A DNA stretch of 64,000 nucleotides. Origin: Leucoraja ocellata (Eukaryota). Below the pieces are notes generated by a model. It saw only the letters and a program-made list of their open reading frames with translations. It searched no databases and was not told the origin of the DNA. The position numbers and the translations under genes are program-made. Where the stretch lies: NCBI GenBank assembly GCA_036785375.1, contig JAWMAR010000341.1:620001-684000 (forward strand). The letters are read 5' to 3'. How positions within the stretch are numbered: the stretch's first letter is position 1; every line of letters begins with the position of its first letter. Below are positions 44,301 to 59,300 of the stretch, in pieces.

Positions 44301-47300
44301 AGGTGAATGAAGCAAGTAGCAACTTTTATTCAGCTTTGATACCAGTACAAAGGGGTTCAATGTAATTTTGTAGGTGAAACGTAGAAAAATATGGGCCATG
44401 TTTTGTACTTTTCAGATACCTGCTGGCATGAGCTGAACTCCAGGCACTTCTGTCGATCCTGCATCTGGTACAAAAGATGTCATCAGTGGGTTCTCCATTC
44501 TTGTGACCTCCTCCTGGGAGCCAGTGGGAAGCTCTTCAGCGTGGTGCGCCTGGTCGTACTCTGAACTAGGGGTGCTGGAGCAGAATGGCTGTGGAGTGGC
44601 TCTGCCTGACCCACACACAAAGCCACCATCCTGGAGAAAGAGCAAAAAGGTAGAGATCTGGTGAGCGGAAAGATCAGGGAACTAGGAAAAAAAAAAAAAA
44701 GGTGGCAGCAGTGCCCAAAGATCGAATCTCACCTTTATCTGGATTTCAATTTGTCTGAGCTGTTGAATCCAATCTGGCTCCATTTGCAACTCCTGGTCAG
44801 ATCTTTCCTTCGACTGAGGGTCAGAGAATCGCAGCTGAGAGGAAATCTTTTGGAGCACAATGAGACCAAAAAGTGATGGGAGAAGGGGGAAGAGAAAAGA
44901 AAGAGTATTAATATAAACAAATTAATATAATTAATAAATCCTGTTATATCACTGCTCTTGGTTTTTACCAGTGGCAACCGCTCATCTCAAATGACCTCCC
45001 ATTGAACTGATTTGCTGAGTTTCATTTCCAATCATGTGTAAACTGGAGTCACCCGTAGTCTGTAGCTGCTTTTTACTTCATGGGTATTAAACTTTAAAGT
45101 GGAGGGGCAAAGTTTAAAGGAGTGGTGCAGGGCAAGATTTTGCAGAGATGGAGTTGATGGTATCTGTCCGGTAGGTTGAGATGCCTGCAGCGTCAGTCAG
45201 TAGCATATGAAAGGGCAGTGATCACTGCTGCTTGTAATTACATGGACTTCGCAGAAAATGGTCATTCAGCTCAGAAGGGTCACCAGGCTGTTTATCCTTT
45301 TCACGCTATTCCCATCTTTCTGCATGTCACCAGACTGGCATAATCTTGCATTCATTTCTCTAGTTTTATATATTTTCCCCTTAAATGCATCCTATTTTTT
45401 TTGGACATTTTCACTTCTCTGCGGTAAAGTTCCACTCAAATGTTTCATTGTGTTTATCTTACATTCATGGCCCTTTGGCTTCTGGCAGAGACATGTTTTT
45501 GAAAAACATATTTACATTCTACAGTCAATTATCCTACCTGAATGAGCTGTCCCAATAAGACGTGTGAATAATAGGCTGGATTCCTGAGGATGGTTCTTGA
45601 AATGACTTCACAATAGTGAAAAGCTTGTGCCGCCAAGCCCATCTCAGCCAGTCGACATGCGTAAATGAATTTAAACACCTAAGAGGTTGAAACAAAGTTC
45701 ACCTTACTAAAGCAAGTAGTCAAACCACGACAAATTGTCATTTTCAAGTTACAAGGGGCTTTGTATGGGGGGGGGGGGGGGGGGATTTTGGGAAGAGCGT
45801 AAACATAACTTCAAGTTTCTCATACCTGAAAGTTGGGTAGAAAGCATGTTTGGCTGCCCAATGCCTGTGCGTACTCGTACGCCTCTGTGCGCTGGATGGC
45901 TTCATTTGAAGCAAATTTCAGAAATGACCAACTGAAAGTAAAATCAAATTTTTCAGAACATAATCTGAAAACTGCCGTTTGATGTAGTCATTATTAAATT
46001 ACTCCTGTTTTTGGTTCTGCCACATCCCAGACTGAAAATTGAACGCCAAGCAAATGTCCATCCTTATTAGGACCAGTTAATATCCCACACAAAAGCATGC
46101 TCAAGATCCTAGCCCACTGCTGGATCTGGAGTGGAGTGTTGTGCACTAGTGCTGCAGCCACTCTATAAGGTCGCCACTGGGAAAGATTGCTCCTTTTTGT
46201 AAAATAAATTAAATTAAAGCCGTGTCCTCACATCGGACTATTCTGAGGAACAGCAAGGGGGCTCTTTTCCAGATCAATGTTTTTCATTCAACCACCCGAG
46301 ATGATTACATTTTGGTTCTTGCTCTGACTATTTAGCTGCCATGTTCATTGACTTGATGGCTCAGACATGTAGGAGAAGCACCACATAGATACTTGAAGCT
46401 CATCTGCAATAACGCGCCAGCAAACCAGGATTACAATCACAGAACTGTACTGTATTTATTACCGCGAAGAGCGGACAAGTTGAAAAGACATCTAATACTC
46501 GTGGCCTAGTCATTTCACAGCCAAGTGAAAGAGCAATGTGTTGAAACTACGATTATACGCAGGGCATACGACCAACTGTCTAACAAAGCCTCGCCAAGTC
46601 CCACTGGGAGATCCAGCTCTCCTCAGGTGGCTTCTCTTGTCAGCATGACAAAGCTATTCTCCATATCAGAAATCTTACACATGCCAAAAATACCAGGTTT
46701 CAGATTTGATTTCACACTTGCAGCCCAGATATGGCACATCTTGTTGCATTTTTTTCTCCGAATTAGAGAACCGCTGATTTGCTGCACGCAGTTAAACACA
46801 ATCTGGGCAAACAAATCCTGTGTAATACTGTAGGAGTTTCAACTGTGGAAGACGCAGGTTTTTGTGGCAAGGGGTGGACAAGAAATGACCACCCCCCTCA
46901 CCCCTTGCTGGAATTGCAGAAGGAAATTGCCCCAGGGGTTCCCGCCTAACATTTATCAAAATGTCACCAAAACATATCCTCTCATTCATTTTTTTTCCTT
47001 ATGATTTGCTATGCATAAGATGGCTAGTACATTTATAAGAGAACACCCCAGTCTGGGATTTCAAGGAGTTAAAGTTAATGAGTTGCTTCTTACCTGGCTA
47101 GTAAATACAAGACATTACACCAGCTCACCTGTGATTTGAACCAATCAGAACGAGTTTTGTAGATTTTCTAGTGTATACTCCAAATCCAACCTGTGCCATC
47201 AGGTAACAGAAATGAGAAGCATCTAATAATCCCTTGACAGCTACAAGGAAAGAGGACAACAAATGTTAACATTGTCTTCATACCTTCATTCAGCCCCTGA

Positions 47301-50300
47301 AACCTACTTTGCCATTTCATGAGAATACGCTCAACCCACATTTCCCCACAATATAAAGTGCTGGAAGAACTCAGTGAGTTGGACAACATCTGTGGAGGGA
47401 ACGGATAGGCGACGTTTCGTCCATGAACCCTTCTTCAGAATCTGAAGACTCTCGATCCAAAACATCATTTATCTGTTCCTTCCACAGATGCTGACTGGCC
47501 CGTCGACTTCCTCCAGTACTTTGTGTTTTGCTCAAGTTTCCAGCATGTGTGGTTCTTTGTCGCGATTTAGCCACCTTAATTCCACAAACCTCCATGACAC
47601 CCAAACCACAGATAAATCTCATGAAGATTACAATTACCTCCCCCACCAACCTCACTACATTTTTTGAAGATACCAGATTTCTCTACACATTGTACGAAAA
47701 TGGATTCAATGTACTAAATGGATTGAAGTATTTTTGCACTCTTCAAATAAACATTATTAGACTTGTTTACAAGCATGGAAGGACTATTGGGATAGTTTTC
47801 ACTCGTTGGCTAGCTTAACTCTTTGACTTTACGTATCACCATCAAAAGGGTTGAAAAACATCACTTTTTAGGAAGCAATTAAAAGATGGCTCACATGGAA
47901 AAAGGAGAAAATGGTGGAGGGGGAATTAAGCATCATTATTTTCAGATACTCCTAGAACTGGAACATACCAAGCGTATCTCCCATGGTGGTGATGGTTCTT
48001 CTGTCCAAGTCTGGTCCGTTGGAAAGGTTGGACAGCACCATGGCAAGGTGGGGCCGCCAGTCTCCCCACTTCTCTTCTCCACAACACTGAAAGGTGAAAA
48101 ATAAGCACGAGACAGGCATGTTACAGGCTAGAAATGTCTTAACGTTACTGAGATTCCTGATCTATGAACAACTGTACTGCACTACAGTGGGTTGGCAATC
48201 AAGACTTGGGAAGTGCGTGGAGTATGGAAAGCCGATAATATTTTCTTCAATAGGCAGTTCTTAGTACTGCTCAATGATAAAATATTTCACTTTTCATTGT
48301 GCCATTTCATTGAAAGCAGTGTCAGTATGTCCGATTGGGTTCTCCGGGATCTCCGGTTTCCTCCCACACCTCAAAGATGTAACGGTTTGTAAATTAATTG
48401 GCTTGGTATAATTGTATATTGTCCCTAGTGTGTGTAGGATAATGCAAGTGTGCGGGGATCGCTGTTCGGTGCAGACTTGGTGGGCCGTAGGGCCTGTTTC
48501 CGCGTTGTATCTCACAACTAAACGCAACTTACTTTCTCCAGAGATAAGTGTTGGATGAGTCAGTGCTGATAGTTTAAAAAATAAAAAAATCGATTGAAAA
48601 GTAGAAATCAGACTCACCGTTGCTGCAGCTGGCATGCGGCCTGACATCAACTGGTACACTGTCTGCAGAGGATCATTGATGGGTAGGCTATTGGCAAACC
48701 TACAAAGAACAAAGCTTAACTTATTAGACACTATATTATATTGGGTAGGATTTCCCAAGGATAAAACATCAGGGCATATCAAGATGACAGAAGGCAAGGT
48801 GCAATTTATTTCCAGCTCCCGTGTTCTGAAGGACAGCGCAGGGTCAATTGAGGACAATTCTGTTCCATCATTCCTTAAGCCAGAACAGTTGCGATATACC
48901 ATGCATCAGCCCAAGACTTCACCCCAGATAAGGACTGTTAATAGACCACTCATCTTCGCGGGTAACCATTGAGCCCAACCCATGACCAGAGATCTGGATA
49001 GCATTCTAGAGCATAAACACATAGTGGATTCTGCCACTTCACTGCTAAATACTTTGTCAAATGCCCAGGAATCCACTTGGCCAGGCAAAGTCTATTCATA
49101 CGTTCAGATTTTGCTGATGTTGCTTTAGTAAATGATTCACTTATGAGAATGGTGTGAAATTAAGGTCCTTGAGGTTTTGTTCAAATACATAATTGACCAA
49201 TATTATTAGTCATCTAGCAACTTTTCCAGTAGTCTAAAACTCGACATGGTATTGCAAACGTGATCTACCCAAATTTAGCTTTACTACTGCTTTGTAATTC
49301 TAATCGTGCACCAAAGATACATGGGAATTTTGGACAATATTGAACGGAGACCCTACCTGGTCATGACCTTTGCATGCGTCCGATTGTCCATTTTGCTGGC
49401 CAGTAAGAGAGCGTGACCCCACAGACCATGCTTCATTGCAGATTCCAGGGCATCCTGCAAACACATCTCGGTCAACAAGGAATACATGTCACATTGCCCA
49501 ACCTACCCTCCCCCCCCCCTCCAACATTCCCATTGGAACCAGTGCCAGCCCATCAAGGAGATTTGAAGATCTGATAAATTACCTTCTTGCGGCCAAAGAG
49601 GAGCAATTCCCGGAAACGCTCGGTGTCCTTGCTGGTACACTCGGTCACAATGTTGTCAAGGAAGCTGTCAGTAAGGAGAGAGGCACAGGACTCATCCTCT
49701 GCACGCGGAACCAGGTCGTTGTTGAAGTCAATCAGATTGGCTTCATTTGGCGATTTGCCAGGAAGCCAGACGGATCGATGTTCCCGCAGCAGGAGCTCAG
49801 CAATGTCTGTACCAATCACTGTCTGCAATGCACAATGATGCCAAGAAACACTTTCATTTACAATCCCAACAAAATGCAAACAGAAAACTTGCTTTAAGCT
49901 TTGATCTTTGTGGTACTCAATGGTTATGGAACTGCAGCCAGTGGGCATTCAATATCATCAACTCCCTAGAAGTAAGAGGGAAATGGAAATAAAATGTACA
50001 CATAGCATGTTCCCAAACTCAGCACATTCCTATTGGCAATTTACAAACAAATAAATGCAGTACATAGAATCCTGCACACACGAGATTTCATGCACTGTAT
50101 TAATTATTGGATAAAATAATATTTCAGAGATGTTGGCTAAGGCATAAATATTAATCTGCCACACTAGGAAGTCTCGAAGTACATGTTAATTTCTGCAGAT
50201 GGATGTGAGAATTACCAGGAAACATTTCACCCTCGTCTATTGTTGTACAGTCTATGCATACCGCTGCCATCCCTTGTATATAATCAGTGCATGCACAGAA

Positions 50301-53300
50301 AGAAATGAAATCTTAGGCCTACCCAGTTAAGAGGATCACATCACAGTGGAGGCATTAAATGCAAACCAGGCAATCGTTTATCAAGCATAAAGCAACCAAT
50401 GCAAGTGAGATTACGTGGCTTCAATTCCAGAAAACTCATAAAATGCAGACTCACCCCATTTTGCCTACATAGCAGGACAATCAGGTCCCATAACAAGTTG
50501 GCCGACTCCTTGTCCAGTAGCTCTTCATTTCTTAAGCACTCTGTGGCCTTGTTTTGGGAAAAGGTGATGACATCAACTTTATGAGTCTCTTCCCTGAAAC
50601 AAAATCAGATTGAACCTTCAACCTTTAAACTTCACTCAGCACAGCAATTATTTAATCAGGAGCAGTGCAGGAAGTTTAAGGAGTACAGTTAAATAGGCAA
50701 CCTTGAGATGTGGATTGCGTAAAAGTGGAGGCAAATCAACATTGTGTACAAAGCCAGACAAAAATGCTGGAGAAACTCAGCGGGTGAGGCAGCATCTATG
50801 GAGCGAAGGAAATAGGCAACGTTTCGGGACGAAACGTTGCCTATTTCCTTCGCTCCATAGATGCTGCCTCACCCGCTGAGTTTCTCCAGCATTTTTGTCT
50901 ACCTTTCGATTTTCCAGCATCTGCAATTCCTTCTTAAACATTGCGTAAAGCTAACGCTTTCAGATTATTAGGATGTACTCTGATATCTTGTCCAGAGACT
51001 TGTATTGGGTTCTAGTTTTTCATTACATGTGTGAAAAACTAGGATAAAAGGTACAAAGTCGTGTTAAAAAGATTTTATAGATGGAAGTTAGAAGACCCAG
51101 CAAATTATGCAATAGGAATTGAGAGGAAGTGGTAAATCTCTAAAACAATGCATCAAATATAAAAACATTATTACAAATGATAACCATTGTTATATATCTT
51201 AGAAGGACTAGGGGGTGGGGGGGGGGGGGGTGGGGGGAAATGTGGAAATGTGGCCGTTCTGAAAAAGGCGAAAGTTTGTTTCAGTTACTGGGCCGGGAGC
51301 ATGGCACTGCCAAATCCCAACTGAGGACACTGCGGTGGTGGCTTGAAGGGCCGAATGGCCTCCTCCTGCACCTATTTTCTATGTTTCTAAACACCTCAGC
51401 AGTGCTACATTAGCTTTGTTAAAGAGACATGCAAATCCATCATTCTGATGCTAATCTTTAACAACTCATACAGAGACGACTCTACAGTATTGTGGCTTGT
51501 ATTTAAGTTTAGACAGTTGATGGTGATCTAATCAAACTAATTAAAATGATTAAGGAATTTTCTTCCCTGTAGTTACCCTGTTTAGGGGGGGGGGGAAATC
51601 ATAACACAAGTTTAATATTAGGGTTAGCCCATTTAGAAGCCAATTTCAAAAAGCACTTCGCACTAATTCTACAAATGGTTTGAATTATTAGGTAACATTA
51701 TGAAAAGGACATTTGGAAGTAGGGCAAGAGCAACTGTGAAGCTTAAGGCTAAGACTAAGGTAGGACTTCTAGGCAAGGTGGACAGGAAAAAAGACTGGAA
51801 AGATAACTCTATGATCAAACTACAAAATTAAATTAATGTCACAAGTGTTAATCCTAAATAAAGGATGTTATTCATGCATTTGTAATTTTTTTTATAATAA
51901 AAAAATAATTTCAAATCTTCATTTTAAGTGAAACAATACAAACTTTTAATCATATTGTGTCTCTTCCATACCTCAAAATAGTTTACTTCTGGGACTCGGG
52001 TCATTATGAAGACCTGCTAATTATACACAGACAAATTGACCAACTGTCAATTGCTGGTCCTGTGTCAGAACCAGTGTACAACCAAAATCTCTCTGGGAGG
52101 TGTGGAGTCAAGGAACTTACTTTGCTAATGGCCCTGGGAAGCTCCTCAACTCCTCCTGTTCAGGCATGTGCTGCAACATGGTCTGGAAGCAGAACAATAC
52201 AAGTCAGCGATGTAATCTAAGATAGTGAATACTCCAGACAGATCAGCTACAATCAACAAGTATTCATTTTCGTCTCCCTCCTCAGATGCTGCACAATTTG
52301 TTGAATAGCTCGAACATTCTCCGTTTCAAGTTCAGACCCCCAGACTCAACAAATCCTTCTGTTTTACAGCCAGCACAATGATGTAATATTAACACACATG
52401 CTGGATGATCCAGAGGTATGAGCAGTAATGAAACAATCAGGCCAAAACAAAAGATATTATGAATGTTAGAAGAGTAGTCCTGATCCCTGCTACGTATAAT
52501 CTATTGTACCTCCAGGCTGTGTATTTCAACCAGAGCTGGCTGGCCTTCTGAAGGCAGGTTGCTCAACACTTTCAGCAACTGCCCTCCAGGGCTAAACCGG
52601 ACACAAAGATGAGGAACTGTAAATTTCTCTGGGGTCACAGGTCTTGGAGGAGCTGGTGGGGAAAAAAAAGTTTTAATGCAAAGGATTGGCTCAAGCAAAC
52701 TTTGGCTCATCTGTAGAAATCCCCATTTACAGCCCCTGACATCCCAACGGTATAGTAGCCTATAACTTACTCCCAGATATGTCATTAACCCTACACCAAT
52801 CCCAGGTTTTCCACCATTTCACATAAAATTCCTTCAGTTTCGCTCCATACATTAACTTTGAGATTTCAGTTCGACATACCATGTCCCTGCTTGTCATTTT
52901 ATGTGACTGTACGTATAGATTTGTTAAACAAGATTAAGTGTGGATGAACATACCTGTCTCCACAGGCTGCCAGCCTGTTTCTGCTGGGTATCCATATTGA
53001 TAATCAGAATAGTTAGGTTGGACAGTGTTTTCTGAGTATTGCCCATATGTGTAATCGGCAGCGATGGTTGGCTGGCTCGGTTGTTCGAAAGGGACAGCCA
53101 AATCCTGTTGACTCCTGTAAACCTGGCTCTACAGAGGATAAAGTCCAGTTAGAGGGCGAGGGATCATTTGCTTATTTTACAGACATGCATTGTTTTATTT
53201 TCATGCAATCCCACTGTAAGGTCTCCTGTCCAGAAACATAATGGAAACAAGATGTGCAAACACATCGTGCTGCAACTCTGTCATCCTGCCAAAGTACGTG

Positions 53301-56300
53301 GCAATGCAATCACTAGAAGGATCACTTACAGCAAAACAGTGAAGGCACGGAAAATAACAATAATAATAATAAATAACAGGAGGTATATATAACAAAAACT
53401 TATTTTAAGATTAAAAATTATTTTCATTAAAATAAGTGATGATCAACAAATGCACAAGAACCCTTGGAGATGGAGAGAGAAATAGACATTGTCAAGCACA
53501 GCCTGCATCTGGATTCATTATCAATGGGGAAAATTAAAAAAAAAAATGTAGTGCAGAAGACAAAAATCAACACATCTCAAACGTGAAACCCTCATGACAG
53601 CACTTGACGCAGCAAGAAGATATGCTGTCTCACAGTGTCAGAGACCCGGTTCGATCCTGACCCCCTGCTGCTGTCTGTTTGAAGTTTGCACGTTCTCCCT
53701 GTAATCGAGTGTGCTTCCTCCGGGTGCACCGATTTCCTCCCACATCCCAAAGGCGTGTAGGTTTGTAGATTAATCAGCCTCTAAAATTTCCCCTAGCACG
53801 TAGGGAGTATATGTGAAAGTGGTATAACAGAACTACTGTGAATGGGTGATCAAGTGTTGGCATGGACTGTGTGGGCCAAAGGGCCTGCTTCTTATGCTGT
53901 ATATTTCAATCAAAGATGAACAGCTGTATTTGAAGCTACAGCAATCCCACTGCGATTTGTAACGGGTGGCCACTTCCACAGGGCAGGAGCCCCGCACTAC
54001 CTGCTTGAACCATGCTACTCACCTGCTGGGACTGGGAGCTGAAGCTGCTGCGCCGACTCCTCACACTGTGGGAGCTCAGCGCACTGTGAGCAGAATGTTC
54101 GCTGTGCGTACTGCGCCGATCAAATTCGTCAGGGTATGGGTCTCGTCGACTGCTTTCATCAAAACTACTGTCATATCGAGGGTCATACTGCCAGAGCTCT
54201 TCATAGCCATTCCGCCTAGTAAACAAAATGCATTTGGATTAATGTCTTACTCAAAGGAAGATGATCTGTAAGGAAACCATTGCCATTGTCTATCACTGCA
54301 CTCCAAGTTTCAGTGACTGGACAAGCACAAGTGTAATTCCTGATTTATGCCCATTTTATTGACAGGACCTGGACTAGATCATGGCTTAGACAAAGAAAAG
54401 CAACAGAAATTAAGGTCAACAGGTGATGTCGGCACTGTTAACCACATGAACTAATTATAATTATGGGAAGGGGAAGTGAAATTGTTTAGTCATAATAACC
54501 CAGGCATTCATGAAGTGGGGCAGGCGTAATCTTAGCTCTTTCTCCAGAGAAACGCAGGTTACCCCGAGACAGGAATGTACCCAGGCACAAGACTAAAGGG
54601 GCTGTCCCACTGCGGCGACCTAATTGTCAAGTTTAGGAGAGTTTGAAAAAGTCATGTTGAAGACCTCCTTCGACTATGTAGAAGACTAGCTTCGACCAGC
54701 TTTGGGAAAATTGGACAACGAATAGTGGAGAGTGAAGCCTACCTCCTTTGATCTCCTTCGACTATGTTGAAGACTATCTACGACTACCTTCGATTATCTA
54801 CGAATAACATGCCGACCTACTACAAACTACTTTGACTAAACCTACAAGTAAAAAAAAAATATCCACGGTGACTTTTTTTCCTCGCGAGCATTTTTCAGCA
54901 TGTTGAAAAATACGCTGCGACCTAGCTGAGGCCTCGAGTACGCGGGGACTACTCTCGAGCATGAAGGAGAGTTACAAAGACCTCCTAGGACCTTGTGTCA
55001 ACCATGCTATGAGTACGAGTCGAGGGCAAACTCTTCTAAACTCGCCAATAAGGTCACCGCAGTGGGACAGCCCCTTAACCTGGTGCACATTGCACCCCAC
55101 ATTGAAATGGGGGCACGTGGATGGGGTTTTGGGAATGAAACTCCAATGTAACCCGGGATCTGCTCTTAACACAAAGTCAGTATCAATAAGAGACAAGACT
55201 AAAGGCAAAAACTAAAAAAAAAATCGGCCACATTTTTTCTAAAGTACGACTCTCCATATACCCCAATTCCCTTATCAGAGAGGTACAATTAATTACAGGC
55301 TCCAAAGTTACTCAAATCCTCATAGCTAAATACAGGCAGTTCCCAAAGCCTATTCAGAGCTGCTGCACCTACAAGCCAGACATGTACATTTTCTGCAGTA
55401 AGCCTGTATCCCTCTGCAAGCACTTGGATAATTCTTTCATTCTATTGAATAATGATCCCAGCACTCCCCATAATTAAAGTAATGGAACATAAACTGCACT
55501 CAGTCATAAAATGAAATATTATGTTATTGCTAACCTGAACAATGCTAAATGCCAAATTGAAGTAGGGATCCCACTGCCCCTCATGTTTTGGAGTATTTTG
55601 GAAATTCCCTTAGTACCTCACATGCTATTCACAGCTGGAAAAAGCCCCACAAATTGAACCAAAATACAGAAACTTCAAAAGGAACATAAATCTGTTTTAC
55701 AGATTTAGTTTAGTGATACAGCACGGAAACAGGCCTCCCGGCCCATCGAGTCCGCGCCGGCCAGCGATCACCTGTACACTAGTTCTATCCTATACACCAG
55801 CTCCACTAAATCAACTAACAATGGGAGAAGAGGAGCAGAGCAATCTCATATTCACCTGTCTCCATATGGCTCCCGGTAGTAAGGTTCCCGTGCTTGATAA
55901 GATCCATAATACCAGTATGGACGATCATAATCTCTATAGTCTCTGTATCTGGGATCGTAGGCAGCCAGGTCATACCTCTCCCACTGAGCTGGGTCTGACA
56001 AGAAAATACTTTAATAACATAAAGCGTAAAACACAAAGGCACATCAAGCACAGTTTGAGAATTCATAATTTTGAAACACATCACCAGCTTAGTATGCCTC
56101 AAAATGCTTTACAACCATTGACTACTTTTCACTGTGTTAACTGCTACTATAGAGGAAACATGACTGTCAATTTGCCCAGCACAATCTCCCACAAATAACC
56201 AGATATTATTTTTGTTTAAATTTGATCAAGAAATAAATAATGGGCAGGAGATCGTGGGAAAGCACCAATCTTCTTGAATAGTATTCTTAGCATAAGACTG

Positions 56301-59300
56301 TGAGGAGAGTCATTATTATAAATCAGAGTAAAAAAAACCTGAAACATCAAAAACATGCTTAGTTACCAGCAAGCAGCAAGATAAGAAGTCAGCTAGTGCT
56401 GTATAAAAACTGGCAAGCAGCACTCTAATCACCAAATTAAGGTCACTTTGGGGCATCTGTTAAAACTGTGGTATATTAGGCAATTCAACAAACAAGAGTC
56501 CTGTTTGTCTCACTGAGGCAATAAAATAACTTGCAGAAACAGATTGTGATTCGACTGGGTGACATTGAATCAGGTGGAATAATTTAACAGTAAATGGAGA
56601 CAGCTAATGGGATAAACACTAGTGTGGGTCTAATGATTCAAACACCTCAGCTTTATTAGCAACATTCTACAAATGTAAAATGCCACATACAGTAGTCAAC
56701 CCAGGTTAAATATTAGCAAGTTTCGGTTACAAATTCCTTTTCTGGTTTTGGGCATAATGGCAAAGTCAGCACTTCCTGGTACAAAGTCAGCATTTATTGC
56801 CACAACACTGAGCAGATGCTTCAGAATCAACTACACTGTGCATACACCAGACTATCAACAAAGGCACATTCCTGCCACTAAAGTAATAGGAATGAAGTTG
56901 ACATATTTTCACCTTTTTCATAGAATATAAAACATTTGGATTCTTTTTTTCCCCCCAATATTCATATGTTCTCACTGCCATCAGGAATTCAAGTAATATT
57001 CTTGGTGAGTCCAAAATGTTGGTCTGGTAACATAACCAATATACTATAATCACTAGGTACACAAAAATGCTGGAGAAACTCAGCGGGTGCAGCAACATCT
57101 ATGGAGCGAAGGAAATGGGCAACGTTTCGGGCCAAAACCCTTCTTCAGACCCTATAATCACTGGTAGCTCAGGTTATCGCACAAGCTCAGTCTGAAGAGG
57201 AAGGAATATCCTCCCACCTTAGTGATGTGGTGACAACCTTATGTAACTGGTCCTGTTAGGCTAACTAGACCGTTTCTACACTATGCAATCCAATACACTC
57301 TTTATTAGGCCTGATGCACTAACAGATAGACCTGCATAATATATTACATTGCATTTGGACCAAAGAATAGCCAATTAGCCCAACAGGACCACCTACTCCA
57401 CTCTAGCCTCATACCAGAATTGCATGGACCAACATAGTCCTTTATTCCCTCCTTCCTCATTTATAGGGTACAATCAAACTATTTCTTCTGAATTCCCCTT
57501 TGAATTTCTTGACAGTACTGAGATGATACTGATGGTACTGAAGAACTGTCCTTCAAAAGGCCTTGTGGCACTTAAGCAATCTGGTCTCGTGGCTTAGGCT
57601 GACATCATATCGTTCAACCCACCAGATCTTTCTAAGGGACAGGATCCAGTTGATTATAATATTCCCAAAAGAAATACAGATAATTTTCAAAATCTAGGTT
57701 TAACCATGTCACAACATGGTACACAGCCAAAAACAACTTTCTGCAGGTTTACATTATCAGCCATCTTACTTCACTGACTTCCCCACTAACAACATAGGCT
57801 CTCCCACAAAATAGAAAAGGGGTCTTTTCTTACCTCTATACTGATATTGACCATTATAATAATCTGCATAGTAACCAGCATAAGCCTCTCGTCCACTTCT
57901 TCCACTGTAGGGGTCTTCAGTGTATCCTTGCCTGAGAAGATTAGCAAACGGAGGGAAAATGTTATCGAAAGTTTTTATGCACAGCCTGTCCACTGAGGAT
58001 TCACATAAGGGCAGCAGAAACAACTGCTCCCGACAACAGCTTGCTGAGACATTGATCTCATTCATTGCCGCAGCATCACACAGATCAACAAATGGAGGGG
58101 TAGACACGGGGTAAAACCAATTGTCCAGAATTAAACTGGAATTTAAAAAAAGTGAAATTAAGGGTACCTAACAGAATGAGAGCAGATGCATAACATAGGT
58201 GGGGGAGGGCAGTAGCAAGAAACAATATCCAATCAATTTGACGAAGGGACTTTGACCTGAAACGTTACCCATTTCTCCTCCCTCTCTACTTGGCTACGCA
58301 GTCATGGGTGTACAGGGAGTAGAGCAAAGGAATGAGTACACAACCCTGAGGGGCACTGGCATGAAGGATCAGGATGAAGGAAATGTTTAACTGACTGAGG
58401 TCTGCCAGTCAGAAAGTCCAGTAGGCAGTTGCTGATGGATGCTCCAAGGCAAACCTACAGAAATTTGGAGATGAGTTATTCAGCCATTACAATGTTGTGG
58501 GATATCTGTAATCAATGAATCGCATAATGTCATAGGCGTTCTTATTATCAAGCTGATCTAAGGCTGAATGCAATGCCAGAGAGATGGCATTCTCCATCGG
58601 CCTATTTTACATGCAAATTGCAAGTGGACTAGATTGCTCAGAAGACTGACACAGATGTGAACCATTACCAGTCTTCCAAAGCACTTCACTAAGGTCAATG
58701 CTAGAGCGAAGGGAAGTAGTCATCGAGTCAGGTCACTTTATTTTTCTTGGGGAATGGAATGATGGTGGTTTCCTTGAAGCAGATGGAACTGAAAATTATT
58801 AAGTGATAGGTTGAAGATGATGGTGGCCGGTTGATTGGCGCATTATTTCAAAACCCACCCAGGGACTCCATCCAGGCCAGCTGCTTTCCAGACGTACATG
58901 GCAAGTCATAAATGCACACAGAACAAAGAATAGTACAGCCCAGCACCAGGCCCTTCAGCCCACATGCCTGTGCAAAACACAATACCAAGAGCCTCTGACT
59001 TGTTTTGAAATTCTCCCTTGATATCATTGCAAAGATCAAGTTTGGCCAACTTGCAGCGTAGGGTCATCCTCTGGAGAGCCTGGGACCTGGCCTTTAGCAG
59101 AGAGCAAATCTCCCTATTCATCCAAGGTTTCTGGTTAAAATGGACCGTCGTTGACTTTACTGATGTGCAGAGAAGGAATGCCAGGTTTGGGGAGCGCAAT
59201 AATTAATGACTATTCAGTGATTTGGAAATGATCCCAACTGCCTGCTCATCCTTCTAGGTAGTGGAGACCATGGCTAGTCAAGGTAACGAAAGTAACCGGC

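Noticed and set aside
18518-51596. Numerous G/C homopolymer runs of 10 nt or more (e.g. 19270, 27178, 28350, 32916, 37730, 45767, 51210)
   Set aside because: Simple repeats with no consistent position or strand; G-quadruplex function cannot be supported and run lengths are error-prone.
54660-54840. Recurrent CTTCGACTA units resembling a CRISPR or regulatory array
   Set aside because: Irregular short subrepeats inside a Harbinger MITE in a eukaryotic intron; no constant repeat-spacer structure.
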